A DNA stretch of 64,000 nt from Felis catus (lineage: Eukaryota), in contig NC_058373.1 in assembly GCF_018350175.1 (NCBI RefSeq), forward strand, positions 106,208,001-106,272,000. The letters run 5' to 3'. Positions 10,171 to 22,179 of this stretch are shown in pieces (the first letter of the stretch is position 1; every line of letters begins with the position of its first letter). The notes below the pieces were generated by a model. The model saw only the letters and a list, made by a program, of their open reading frames with translations, searched no databases and had not been told where the DNA came from. Position numbers and translations under genes: made by a program.

Positions 10171-12219
10171 GAATTGCCCTTGTCCTAGCTCAGGTTTGTT
10201 CAGTTTTTACTTAGGTACTCATAGGCAATCATAACCCTCACTGCTAATAGTGCGTGGTAATTATTTTCCTAACCAGTGCTGGATAGGTAAAGGTCAAAAT
10301 ATTTTTACTAATTTGGGTCAATTGATAAATTTAACAATTACATGTTATATATTTGTCTAAAACTATTGGGTTGCAAGACTTGGCTGACAGCATATACAAA
10401 TTTGCTCTTTCTTTTAAAATATCCCTCGGTCTAAAAGTCTTCTGTACTACACATACCAAATGAAGATATTTAGTTAATATAAATATCTGTAACTTTAATA
10501 CTTTTTAAAAAATAATCTGTACTCGGTTACTATTTGATTTAGGAATACACACTAAGAACTTGTTTACTTTTTGCCTTAACAGTCCTTCTTCCAAATAAAA
10601 GGTAATCTTAGTTTTCAAGATGAATTCTGGCATTTCAAGTTCTAACAAGCCGTTCCTCCACCTGTGCCAACCGGTACCCCCCGGTAGATGTCTACTCAGC
10701 CAGACTACCGAGGTCCTTGGCCCAGGGCAGGTCTACTGCCCTTTCAGGAAGACATCCTTCTGTATTCCCAACACCTAAAAAAAGGCTTAGAGGTGTCTCC
10801 TTTACCCTCTCATAGCCACTCACTAGAAGGAATCCCTTGTATTCTAATCAGCTCTTTGCTTGTTTGCTCTGACGATGTACATACTTTGAGGCTCAAGAAC
10901 TGGGTCTTATTCAACTCAGTAACTGCAGCATTTGCTCTAGTGCCAGGCTCAGAGGTGCCCCCATCTGTTACTGAAGCTAGTGCAGTGTTCTGAAGGAGAG
11001 GGCCAGGCCCTGGAGGGCTACTACAGTGACAGATTATGTCCAGAAGAGAACAGGAGAGCACTGTTGAGCTGGAAGAGATCAAGGGCTTCTCTACAAGCCC
11101 CATCGCTTGAGAGAAGCCATTCAAAAGGGAAAATCCAAAAGCCAGATTACAGGTGGCTCAGAGATGATTAATCCAAGGGGTCAAAGCTGACTTACTTCCT
11201 TAGGAGGGCCATAGATTTCAAGAGATCTGATGAGTGCCTAATTTGGGTCCGATGCTTTGTAACTTCCTGTTAACTATCCATATTTTACAATCAGGGAACC
11301 TAGGGAGTAGAGGTTAAATAACACATAGGAAGCAGGGCTGAGATCTGAGCCCAGGTCCGCCTACCTTCAAAGCCCACATCGTGCTGATGCTCTTCTAGGA
11401 GCAGAGATAAGTGGAGTTAGGGAAACCAGAAACATTCAATGTCAGCTCCATTTCAGAGACCTCTCCTCCCCCCCACTCCTCCCCCTGATTCCTTAACTGG
11501 GTCAAAGTCTCATTCCCTGTTAGATTTCTCTCACAGTTCTTACGCTTCACCTGGGAAACCCCTATGACAACGGATTTTACATACATTTGTAGAATAACCG
11601 ATTCTCCCACGATAGCAGAAGTGAGAAGACCAGAGCCTGAGGAGTTCTCTGACCCACACACTCTGCAACTGGCCCAGAATGTCATAACATTAGCACTGAC
11701 CACTAACTTCCCTACTTTTGACCCTTTTAACCTTGGAACAACCAGAGAAAGCCAGATACGCTTACTAATTAATGACATACCATGTTCCTCCTAAGCTGCT
11801 CCCAGCTTCCCCATGCTAACAAGCTCCAATCGGAGCACATCAGACACCTTCCCTGTTTTTTCACATTACACCTTTCCCATTCCCCTGCCTTTGGATCTCT
11901 GCAAAAAGCAAAGGATGGCGACTCATTCTCTTGCTATACCAAGTTTTATGCCTCAGCTTATTTCCATTTAGCTGGTCTTCCTTTATTTTCACACTGTAAT
12001 ATTCTCCTTTCCATATAGTTATCAATGAGACAGTCCACAAAATATGTGAAAAAGAGAGTATGGTATTACTCAGTGGGCTTAGCTTTTCAATCTAATCTAT
12101 TTACATTTGCTCCAACATGAAAGATCCCATCAGGTTTCAGACAAAGATGGGAGACTCATTCATGTGAAAATAGTGCAATTGATGCTTTGAGGTGATTTCA
12201 CTTTTAAAATTCTGCTTGA

Positions 12220-12428
12220 GGGGCGCCTGGGTGGCGCAGTCGGTTAAGCGTCCGACTTCAGCCAGGTCACGATCTCGCGGTCTGTGAGTTCGAGCCCCGC
12301 GTCAGGCTCTGGACTGATGGCTCAGAGCCTGGAGCCTGCTTCCGATTCTGTGTCTCCTTCTCTCTCTGCCCCTCCCCCATTCATGCTCTGTCTCTCTCTG
12401 TCTCAAAAATAAATAAATGTTAAAAAAA
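12220..12428 (+). mobile_element. Can-SINE, young SINEC_Fc type
   Basis: TSD aaaattctgcttga. Confidence 0.95.
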
Positions 12429-12773
12429 AAAATTCTGCTTGATATATAGTTGCTGGGGATGTCCTAACTTCCCAAAGAAAATTTTACAAAGTGACCAGGG
12501 CCCATCAGCAACCCAATATGCACTGATACATAATAAGTATCACCAGGCTGAAGCAGGACCGCAAAAACAGCTTTTTGGCTGATAAAGTTTACCCACAAAA
12601 GTCTTCAGTGGTCACTAAAACATTATTTCTCTGGTCAAGCAGTGCCCTGAGAACATTGGTTTTTACCAAATATTGGAATGTCTTTAATCCCATCACTTTC
12701 TATCTTATTTCATTTTCTACAACCCACCTTTAAAATTGCTTAGCTAATGACCTTCTTTAAAATGACACCTCTA

Positions 12774-12997
12774 GGGGCACCTGGGGGGGGGGGGGGGCTC
12801 AGTCAGTCAAGCGTCTGGCTTCAGCTCAGGTCATGATCTCACAGTTCATGAGTTCGAGCCCTGCATGGGGCTCTGTGCTGACAGCTCAGAGCCTGGAGCC
12901 TGCTAAGGATTCTGTGTCTCCCTTTCTGTCTGCCCCTCCCCTGCTTGTGCGCTCGCTCTTTCTCTCAAAAACAAACATTAAAAAAATTTTTTTTAAA
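12774..12997 (+). mobile_element. Can-SINE with a G15 run in its head
   Basis: TSD taaaatgacacctcta. Confidence 0.93.
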
Positions 12998-13769
12998 TAA
13001 AATGACACCTCTAATCCGTGCATTTGCTAGATGACATTCTCATTTCACCACTCCATTTCTCCTCTACACTCTATTCTCCTTCCTTCTCCCGGCCCTTTGT
13101 ACCTCCATCATCCCGTCTTCCCAAGGGATTCCACGCCGGGGATCTCAGGGCTGTCCCTGTGCAAGGACTGACCTCCATCTCCTACACCAGCCAGAATCTG
13201 CACAGAGTTCTGTGGCCCTCACGTCTAACGTGACATTAGAGTAAAAATTGAGAATGAAGTTGATAATCCCCTGGAGAGACTGGACTGCTCGCTCGTGACA
13301 CAATCATGTTATGTAGAATGTGTTACATCTCAGGAGCCCCAGAAGGCATCACTATCACTGATTTTCAGAGAAGGCAGTAGTTGCCGTTTTTAATACTAAA
13401 CTCAACTCAGGAAGAAAAGGTAAAGCGATGTTTCATATCCTCTGCTTACGAAGATAAGAAAGTGTGTAAAAGGGTTTTTTTAAAAAGACCTTGAAAATAA
13501 GAGTTTTAAAAAACCAGAAAGAAATACTCAGTTATTTAGAAAATTCACATAGGTGGAAGGGATTTGTCTCACACTGCTGATGGACCACATCCAACCCCAC
13601 AAATGAGAAGCCATGTTTAGGTGAATGTGATATTAACTGAGGATGGACTATCAGAGATAACTACGTTCTTTGGTTAGCTTTTTGTTTTAAATGCTTTCTT
13701 TGATGTTACCAGCCACAGTAAAATAACAAGAGGTTCTTTGTTACCCAGAGCTTTTGAGATGTTACTTAC

Positions 13770-13932
13770 TATGGAGGTCCGTTTTCAATTCCTGTTCCAT
13801 AAGAAAACGCAGCTCTTCAAGATTCCCTTGTAGCCAAATGCTGATACGCTCAATGTTTTCATCCCTTTCCTGCAGCCTCTCTGTTAGCTTTTTTATTCCT
13901 TGCAAAGTCTCACCACCACTGTTTACCAGTTC
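13770..13932 (-). CDS. CCDC175: CCDC175 exon (2nd from 3' end), 163 nt
   Basis: ttttttaaag|GAA...CAT A|gtaagt; ELVNSGGETLQGIKKLTERLQERDENIERISIWLQGNLEELRFLMEQELKTDLH; phase 0 to 1. Confidence 0.9.
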
Positions 13933-14679
13933 CTTTAAAAAATAATGTTTTGCGGTGTGTAAATATAAATTCCAACAAAAGAAATAAAAACGTTGAGTGA
14001 ATCGTGTCCAAGACAAAAATATATATGCAAAGTTGGTATTACTCTTGCAAAATAAGTATACACAGCACATTCACAAAGTCCTGTCAAAGATCTCAGGGGA
14101 AAAATGGATTAGCAAAGGAGACGAAAGACATGCTCACTGAGGTCCAACTTTTAACTGGGTAGGATGGCAGTGGTGATGGTGGTGGCGGCGGGATAAAAAG
14201 CCAGCTCACCTTCAAAGCAGCACAGAATTGCAGACCATCTTCTGCATGGCTTACAGCTTACGAGCTTTAGAATCAGGCTGGATCTGAGTTTTAAAGCCCC
14301 ATAAGTTCATGAACTGTTTCGTGTTGAGCAAGTTACTTCAACTCTCTGAGCCTCAGTAGCTTCATCTGAAAAAGGTTAAAAGCTAAGCCAGGATCATATG
14401 TAAACCTGAAATACTTAGAAAGTGGCAAAGCAGGATTTAAACTCCATCCTGCCTGCTTTTATAGTGCTGGGGGCGGGAGGGGGGGCATGGAGAAGCCGCA
14501 GGGCTTGGTAACACACGGAGGGCAGATGAACTTCAGACGTGACAACTGTGGCCTCAAATAGTGTGTGTTCAATTTGTGTTTCTGGCTAGGGGGTGGGGGA
14601 GTCATTCCCTTTAACCTACTCCTGGTAGAGTAGGAAGACAATTTCCCAAAGGATTACGATTTCATAGTGACATTGGGCC

Positions 14680-15085
14680 CCGCTAAAAATAAGACAACGG
14701 TCCCAAATGGAGTCACTTATGCTGAGCCTCAGATCACCAACGTGAAAATTAATTTAATTACAGTTTTGGCTCTCTGGGAAATGGAATCTTACACTGGTCA
14801 TTCAGGAATCATCTAATCACCTGATCAGCACTAGTTAGGTCATCTGCCTGATAGATGCCTGCCATCAGCTAAAGGCAAGTGATCCTCCAATAACCAGTCT
14901 GCTTTTTTTGCTTAGTATAACTTCCCTGTTCCTGCTCCCTTCTGCCTATAAAAGTCCTCTGTTTTGTATAGCTCCTCAGAGCACCTTTTTTATCTGCTAG
15001 CTTGGATGCTGCTCGATTCATGAATCATTGAATAAAGCTAATATGATACTTAAAATTTACTCATGAATTTTGTTTTTTTAACAAC
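14680..15085 (+). mobile_element. ERV solo LTR (probably ERV1 class)
   Basis: LTR layout: ccaaatggagtcac head, TATA box (cctataaaag ~14945), AATAAA ~15031, ending ttttaaca. Confidence 0.65.
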
Positions 15086-15130
15086 ATTTTAAGATGATGG
15101 TCATTGTCACTCCCTTTCAATCCTGACTTC

Positions 15131-15133
<3 letters not shown>

Positions 15134-15174
<41 letters not shown>
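15134..15174. repeat. (CA)n microsatellite
   Basis: About 20 perfect AC units, ~65 bp from a CCDC175 exon donor. Confidence 0.95.
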
Positions 15175-15176
<2 letters not shown>

Positions 15177-15237
15177 ATTAGGTAAGTGAACATTTTTAGA
15201 AATATAATATTTATGGAGACAACACAAAAAAGCTCAC

Positions 15238-15281
15238 CTTAACTGTAGTCTGAAATTCAGCCCACAAATCCAAATACTTCC
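15238..15281 (-). CDS. CCDC175: CCDC175 exon (3rd from 3' end), 44 nt
   Basis: ttttattttag|GG...AAG|gtgagc; (R)KYLDLWAEFQTTVK; phase 1 to 0 bridges its neighbours. Confidence 0.88.
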
Positions 15282-15479
15282 CTAAAATAAAAATTTTCAA
15301 AATTCAAAGGTTATGGAAATGTGAAGATTTTTATAAAAGTAATGCTATTTGTTTTCCAAAAATTATGTTTATCTAAAAATTTCTACTTCCAAAATGACAG
15401 AAAAACTGGACCAGACTTGCCCTCCTACTATCAGCAAGGAGAAAAATATATGAAATATATTTGTTTTCCTATCCTTCGT

Positions 15480-15783
15480 GACCAACCACCTCCAATCCAT
15501 ACCTTGAATGCCCAGGTCAGAGCGCCCCCGCTTGGCGCTGCCCTGCAAGTGCTGCACACATCATTACTGGGGAAGTTAAATGCACCTGTGCGACTACACC
15601 GGGTGAGAACACCTGCCATTTTGCACCTGATTTCCTGTACACTTTGCCCCATGTGCCTTTTCCCTTTGCTGATTTTACTCTGTATCCTTCACTGTAATGG
15701 GCAATAACCATAACAACTTGAGCCTGGTGGATCCTAGCTAATCACTGAGCCTAAGGATGGTCTTGAGGACCCCTATTACAACA
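15480..15783 (+). mobile_element. LTR 3' fragment (MER21/MER77-like)
   Basis: End motif ...ggatcctagctaatcactgagcctaaggatggtcttgaggacccc resembles this LTR group. Confidence 0.5.
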
Positions 15784-16447
15784 CCTGAAAGCTGCAAAAT
15801 CCTGCAGAGAAAAATAAGTTCTAAACAAATGAAGATATATACGGTGTTCTTGGATTGAAAGACTTAATTTTGTTAATATGTCAATTCTCTCCAAATTGGT
15901 TTACAGAGTCAGTGCAAACCCAATTAAGATCCCGACAGGTATGTGTAATTATAGATTAATAAGCTGATTCTAAAACTTATATGGAAATCAAAAGACATAA
16001 AATAGCCAGAATAGTTCTAAGAGTGAAGCACAAGTGTGGAGAACTTACAGTACCCAATTTCCAGGCTGAATATGAAACTACAGTAATCAGGACAGGGTGG
16101 TATCGGTGTGAAGTTAGATATTGAGAAGGAACAGATGCATCAAATGGATATCTGAAAAAGTTGGAGTAGTACAATGCTAAAAAGACAGTCTTTCCAACAA
16201 TGGTGCTAGAACAACTGGATATACAGAAGAGAAAACAATGAAATTCAACTCTTACCCCACGTGTAAACATGAACTTGAAATGAACTGGAGATGTAGACAT
16301 AACAGTGAAAACTAAAAGCCTGTAAAGAAAATACTGGAGAAAATCTTTGAGAACTTGACTTAGGCAAAAATGTCTTAGTACACAGAAAGTACTAACCTTA
16401 AAAGATGAAATAAATAAAGCAGACTTTATCCAAAGGAAAGACTTTTG

Positions 16448-16651
16448 TGTTTTTTTTTTTAATGTTTATTTTTGAGAGAGAGAGCGTGAGAGGCGGAGGG
16501 GCAGAGAGAGAAGGAGTCACAGAACCCGAAGCAGGCTCCAGGCGCCGAGCTGTCAGCAAAGAGCCCGATGCGGGGCTCGAACTCACGGACTGAGAGATCA
16601 TGAACTGAGCTGAAGCTCGACACTTAACCGACTGAGCCACCCAGGCACCCC
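16448..16651 (-). mobile_element. Can-SINE
   Basis: TSD gacttttg. Confidence 0.93.
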
Positions 16652-16792
16652 GACTTTTGCTCTTTTCAAGACAACATTAAGAAAATGAAAACTCAAGCCT
16701 CATACTGGAAAAGGACTCATTTCCAGAATACACAAAGATTTCAACATAACAACACAAACAACACAAAGCAATGAGCAAAAGATTTGGACAAA

Positions 16793-17190
16793 TGGCAGAC
16801 TGCATTTTCCAGAGATGGCCCCACAATATATTCCATCCCACATGTGCTTCCCAAAATGTGATGCTGACAACGCCTCCCATTAGTGGTGGCATCTGTGTCC
16901 CCTCCCCTTGTACTTGGGATGCTAGCTTTTGGAACATAGCAGGCCAAGCAACTACATGGAGAGTCCAGCAGAGAGCCAGCATCAACATAAGACACACTGA
17001 GTGAGTGGGTGGCTCTTCAGATGCCTCCAGTCCCCAGCAGCCAAATTAACCCCAGACATCAAGTTGCTCCAGCTAATGTCATGCAGAGCAGACATGAGTG
17101 GTCTCTACCAGACTCTGGCCAAATTGCCAATTTGGGAGCAAAGTAAATGATTTGTAATATTTGTTATGCTGCAATGGATAATTGGTTCAA
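16793..17190 (+). mobile_element. MaLR LTR (MLT1-type)
   Basis: Starts tggcagactgcattttccagagatggcc and ends ttgttatgctgcaatggataattggttca; the host L1 resumes on both sides. Confidence 0.65.
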
Positions 17191-17341
17191 GGCACTTCAC
17201 AAAGGATGATGTACAAGTGGCCAAAAAGCACATGAAAAAATAACAACATCAGTCATCGGAGAAATACAAATAAAAATCACGATGAAATACCATTATATAC
17301 CTATTAAAAATGGCTTAAATGTTAACAATTTTAAGTGTTCC

Positions 17342-17568
17342 TTTTAATTTTTTTTTAAGTTGGTTCACTTTTGAGAGAGAGAGAGAGACAGAACGTGAGC
17401 AGGGGAGGGGCAGAGAGAGAGAGAGAGAAGGAGGCACAGAACCCGAAGCAGACTCCAGGCTCTGAGCTGTCAGCACAGAGCCCGATGTGGGGTTCAAACC
17501 CACAAACCACGAGATCATGACCTACGCCGAACTCGGATGCTTAACCGACTGAGCCACCCAAGCGACCC
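17342..17568 (-). mobile_element. Can-SINE
   Basis: TSD aacaatt(t/g)taagtgtt. Confidence 0.93.
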
Positions 17569-18231
17569 AACAATTGTAAGTGTTTTGACAATTCTGAATG
17601 TTGGTGAGGATGGGGAGTATCCCATTGCTAGCGGAATGATAAATTTGTACAACCACTTTGGCAAACTATTTTGGCAGTTTCTTACTGCCAAGTTAAACAT
17701 ACACTAACTATACAACCCAGCAATTCCACCCCTCGGTATTTACCCGAGAGAAATGAAAACAAATATTCACAAAAACAAGTGTAAACAAAGAGTAACCAAA
17801 ACCTGGAAAAAATCCAAATGTCCTTCAGCTGGTGAATGGACAAACAAAACATGGTAGATCTTCATAATGGAATACTTAAACAGCTATAAAACGGAACAAA
17901 GCAATGAGACATGAAACAACATGAATGATCTAAAAAAAAAAAAAGAAAAAAAAAGCTAGCTGAGTGAAAGACATGCGGTACGAAAGTGTGCATACTCCGT
18001 CATTCCATTTGTATCTAATCCTTAGTGACGGAATGCAGATCAGTGGGTTCCAGGAGCCGGAGATAGGCGGGAAAGTAGCCACCAAGGGTCACCAGGGAAA
18101 CAAAAATGTTCTCTATCTTACTTGGGGTGGCAGTGGTTAGAGTGGCATGTACATTTGTCAAAACTCATTGAACATGGGTGCATTTTATTGGATGCAAATC
18201 AGTACAATTTATTTAAATAAAACAAAACATT

Positions 18232-18442
18232 GGGGCACCACCTGGGTGGCTCAGTTGGTTAAGCGTCCGACTTTGGCTCAGGTCATGATCCCGTGGTCTG
18301 TGAGTTCGAGCCCCGTGTCAGGCTCTATAGTGACAGCTTAGAGCCTGGAGCCTGCTTCAGATTCTGTGTCTCCCTCTCTCTCTGCCCCTCCCCAGTTCAT
18401 ACTCTCTCTCTCAAGAATAAATAAACACCAAAAAAAATGTTT
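18232..18442 (+). mobile_element. Can-SINE
   Basis: TSD aataaaacaaaaca. Confidence 0.93.
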
Positions 18443-18499
18443 AATAAAACAAAACAGTTATTCTTTATATATAAAGATCACCCATGACACATTACTTAC

Positions 18500-18602
18500 T
18501 CTGATGAGCTGTCAGTTGCCAACACAGGTCACCTGATGTGCACTTGAGGTCTTCTTCTCTTTTTTTGTATAGCTCTATGTTGTTCTTCATATATGCAATA
18601 TA
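18500..18602 (-). CDS. CCDC175: CCDC175 exon (4th from 3' end), 103 nt
   Basis: ttttaattccag|TAT...CAG A|gtaagt; YIAYMKNNIELYKKREEDLKCTSGDLCWQLTAHQ; phase 0 to 1. Confidence 0.9.
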
Positions 18603-19480
18603 CTGGAATTAAAAGCATGTGACTGTTTTAAGCAGTTTAGATACTGTAGATTAATTATCCATGAGTCATTCGGCAAACATTTATTGATCATCCTCTGTGC
18701 CACTGACTATTCTCAGTACAAGGGTAACAGAGCAGAACTCTTGTTAAGCTTACATTCTGGTGAAGGAGATAAGGGGTCTGGCTTCCAGTCAACATTTAAG
18801 CACCCCAAAACACACTGCATTCAGAATATAATTTGCCGCAAGAAGAAATTAAAAGATATTCTGCCCAAATGCATCATGTCCACAAACAAAATATTGCTCT
18901 GTACGCAAAATGTGCGTGCAGTAAATGTGCCAAGGCAGCCATGCTGCCAGACCGGAGGAGTTTGGTGTAGGACCTCAGAGAAAGGACTTATCGAGACTGG
19001 AGAACCCACAGATTTGTTCACTCCATTCAGAGGTTTCACTGGGTTGGTAATGGAGGCAGTAGTGGCTTGGGTATTAAAATCATCACTTTCTGTTCTGACC
19101 ACCCAATGCTCAGGAATGCTAAACTCTAAAGTCTCTGGGAACTCTGAAAGCACGGGCTTTGGATATAAATTTGGCACTCACCCAGTTTTAAGAGAGAAAC
19201 AGTCAAATGCTAGAAACTACTGATAAAAAGAATCTAGAAAATGGCATCCAGTACTATAGAAGGTGTAGATGCGGAACTGTTTATAAGCCTGTTGTAGGGT
19301 CTAATCATGCAGCCTTGATCTTGTCCCAGTCTGTGTGGCTTGTTGGAAGCTTTTGTAGTAAATCAAAATGAAAACCCTGTAAGTCAAGTCCAAGTCATCA
19401 TTCCTGCCCCTCGTTGAACGTGAATCACTGTTTGTAGACTTGCCTAGTTCAGCTGGTTTCCCGTAACTCTCAAATGTTTT

Positions 19481-19697
19481 TTTTTTTTTTTCCAACGTTT
19501 TTATTTATTTTTGGGACAGAGAGAGACAGAGCATGAATGGGGGAGGGGCAGAGAGAGAGGGAGACACAGAATCGGAAACAGGCTCCAGGCTCCGAGCCAT
19601 CAGCCCAGAGCCCGACGCGGGGCTCGAACTCACGGACCGCGAGATCGTGACCTGGCTGAAGTCGGACGCTTAACCGACTGCGCCACCCAGGCGCCCC
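19481..19697 (-). mobile_element. Can-SINE, young SINEC_Fc type
   Basis: TSD actctcaaatgtttt; CpGs retained. Confidence 0.95.
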
Positions 19698-20382
19698 GAC
19701 TCTCAAATGTTTTAACACACTGAATTGTAACTATCTATTTATTTGCGACTTCCTCAGCTAGACTATGAGCTTCCTAAGGACTTGGGGCAGTGTCTTTTTC
19801 ATCTCTGTATTCATTGTGCCTTCCCCAAGGCCAGGGATTCAGTGGGGGCTTAAAACATTTGCTGAGAGTAGGGATGTAATCAGCAAGACGGAGAGTGGTG
19901 AGTGAATACGAGAACAGCACAGGGTCATTCGGGGCCTCGTAGACGGTCAATAGATTAAAGAGAATTTTTAGAATCAGTGTTTTCACATAGTCATCCATTT
20001 GCTTACCCATTACTAACGTAGCAAAAACAATTCCAGGTATTTTAGTAAATAATCTATGTCATCTTGATAGGAAGACAGTCTTGTGGAATATTTCCATGGG
20101 TAGACGAAATGCCTTATGAGATTGTTTCGAGGGCGAGAAGAATGAACATGTATTGCATGCGTGCAGGTTACTGATGATGGTGCCAGGGCTCTGGAGCACA
20201 TTTACCTTTCCAAAGTGCATTAGTACCTCTTATGCCACTTTAATTCTGCCAAAAAACACTGGTCCTCATACTGGTAGATAACTGCTGTGATTTAAATGAT
20301 GGAAAAAATTACCCAGAGAGGTAAAGGAATGTTTCCCTTAGTGTCTTATTGCTGTGGGATGGTTTTGATTTCTCTAGCTATG

Positions 20383-20594
20383 GGGGCGCCTGGGTGGCGC
20401 AGTCGGTTAAGCGTTCGACTTCAGCCAGGTCACGATCTTGCGGTCCGGGAGTTCGAGCCCCGCGTCGGGCTCTGGGCTGATGGCTCAGAGCCTGGAGCCT
20501 GTTTCCGATTCTGTGTCTCCCTCTCTCTCTGCCCCTCCCCCGTTCATGCTCTGTCTCTCTCTGTCTCAAAAATAAAATAAAACGTTGAAAAAAA
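20383..20594 (+). mobile_element. Can-SINE, young SINEC_Fc type
   Basis: TSD ttgatttctctagctatg. Confidence 0.95.
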
Positions 20595-20794
20595 TTGATT
20601 TCTCTAGCTATGAAGAGTTATTAAAAAAAATATAGAACCTCAGTTTCCTCATGTATAAAAGGAACATAATATCTTATCCACCTTAAAGGTTACTGTGAGC
20701 ATCAAATGGGACTGAATCCCCCTCCCGTGGCACTGTGCAAAACCCTTGGGACCCACTGATACAGATCCTCACCTTGAGGTCAATGTAGTTTACT

Positions 20795-21600
20795 GGAAAA
20801 AAATGATACAATCGATACAAGACAGACAGACCACCTAATGTTTTAAATGGGTAAAAAACTTGAACAGGCACTTCACAAAGAGGTATATGCATGGCCAACA
20901 ACATATAAATAGATGCTTCATTAACCATCAGGAAAATGCAAATTAAAACCACAATGGGACACCACTACACCCTCCCAGAATAGTTAAATGGAAAAAAAAA
21001 ACCAAGGTTTGGTGAGAATGTAGAACCAGTGGTGTTCTCACAGGCCCCGCTGGGAGTTGCAATTACTTCAACTTCTTGAGAGATGGCACTGTGCACTAGA
21101 ATGGACAGTCCACATCCCTATGGCCTTGAGATTCCACTTGAGGGGTATACCCCACAGGAATATGCACGTATGTTCCCCCGAAATACATGTACTAGAATAT
21201 TCATGGCAACACTATTTCTAATAGGCCCAATTAGAAACTCTCTCACCCCCCCCATCCACAAAGTATATAACTGTAGTACAGTCATATACTTGAATACTAT
21301 ACATCATTAGGGATGAACAAACCATACTACACTCAATAATAAAGATGAACCTTACAAATAGTATTGAGCAAGAGTGCATACTGTATCATTCTATACATAT
21401 AATGTTCAGAAACAGACAAAACTAACCTTTGGTATTAGAAGCCAGTATAGTGTTACCCATGTGGGGAGGCCAGTGACAGGAAGGGACACAGAAAATATCT
21501 GGATACTGTTAGCGCTTTGTTTCTTGATCTGCATGCTGGTTACCCATGGGTGCTCATTATGTGTTTCACTTATGATTTGTGCACTTTTCTATATGTACTT
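20795..21600 (+). mobile_element. Old L1M 3' end fragment
   Basis: aaaaacttgaacaggcacttcacaaag...caggaaaatgcaaattaaaaccacaatg and 3'UTR motifs. Confidence 0.7.
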
Positions 21601-21607
21601 TAAGCTT

Positions 21608-21863
21608 TATTTATTTATTTATTTATTTTATTTTATTTATTTAAAAAAAAATTTTTTTTTCAACGTTTATTTATTTTTGGGACAGAGAGAGACAGAGCAT
21701 GAACGGGGGAGGGGCAGAGAGAGAGGGAGACACAGAATCGGAAACAGGCTCCAGGCTCTGAGCCATCAGCCCAGAGCCTGACGCAGGGCTCGAACTCACG
21801 GACCGCGAGATCGTGACCTGGCTGAAGTCGGACGCCTAACCGACTGCGCCACCCAGGCACCCC
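21608..21863 (-). mobile_element. Can-SINE, young SINEC_Fc type
   Basis: TSD tatgtactttaagctt. Confidence 0.95.
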
Positions 21864-21885
21864 TATGTACTTTAAGCTTCATTTA

Positions 21886-22179
<294 letters not shown>

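Larger units (their letters stand above)
15790..18230 (+). mobile_element. Old L1M 3' region, interrupted by two SINEs and an MLT LTR
   Basis: ORF2 C-terminal and 3'UTR motifs (tggattgaaagacttaat, cccagcaattccaccc, ggtgaatggacaaac). Confidence 0.75.

Noticed and set aside
18684..19223. Longest ORF in the track (179 aa, +) and the overlapping 118-aa ORF on -
   Set aside because: Non-ATG start for the + ORF, no recognisable domain, intronic, and not needed for the phase-consistent CCDC175 chain; probably chance.
19470..20580. Recurring ORFs such as GAPGWRSRLSVRLQPGHDL and GQRETEHERGRG (also ~21660, 40015, 52229)
   Set aside because: These are translations of Can-SINE copies, not a gene family.
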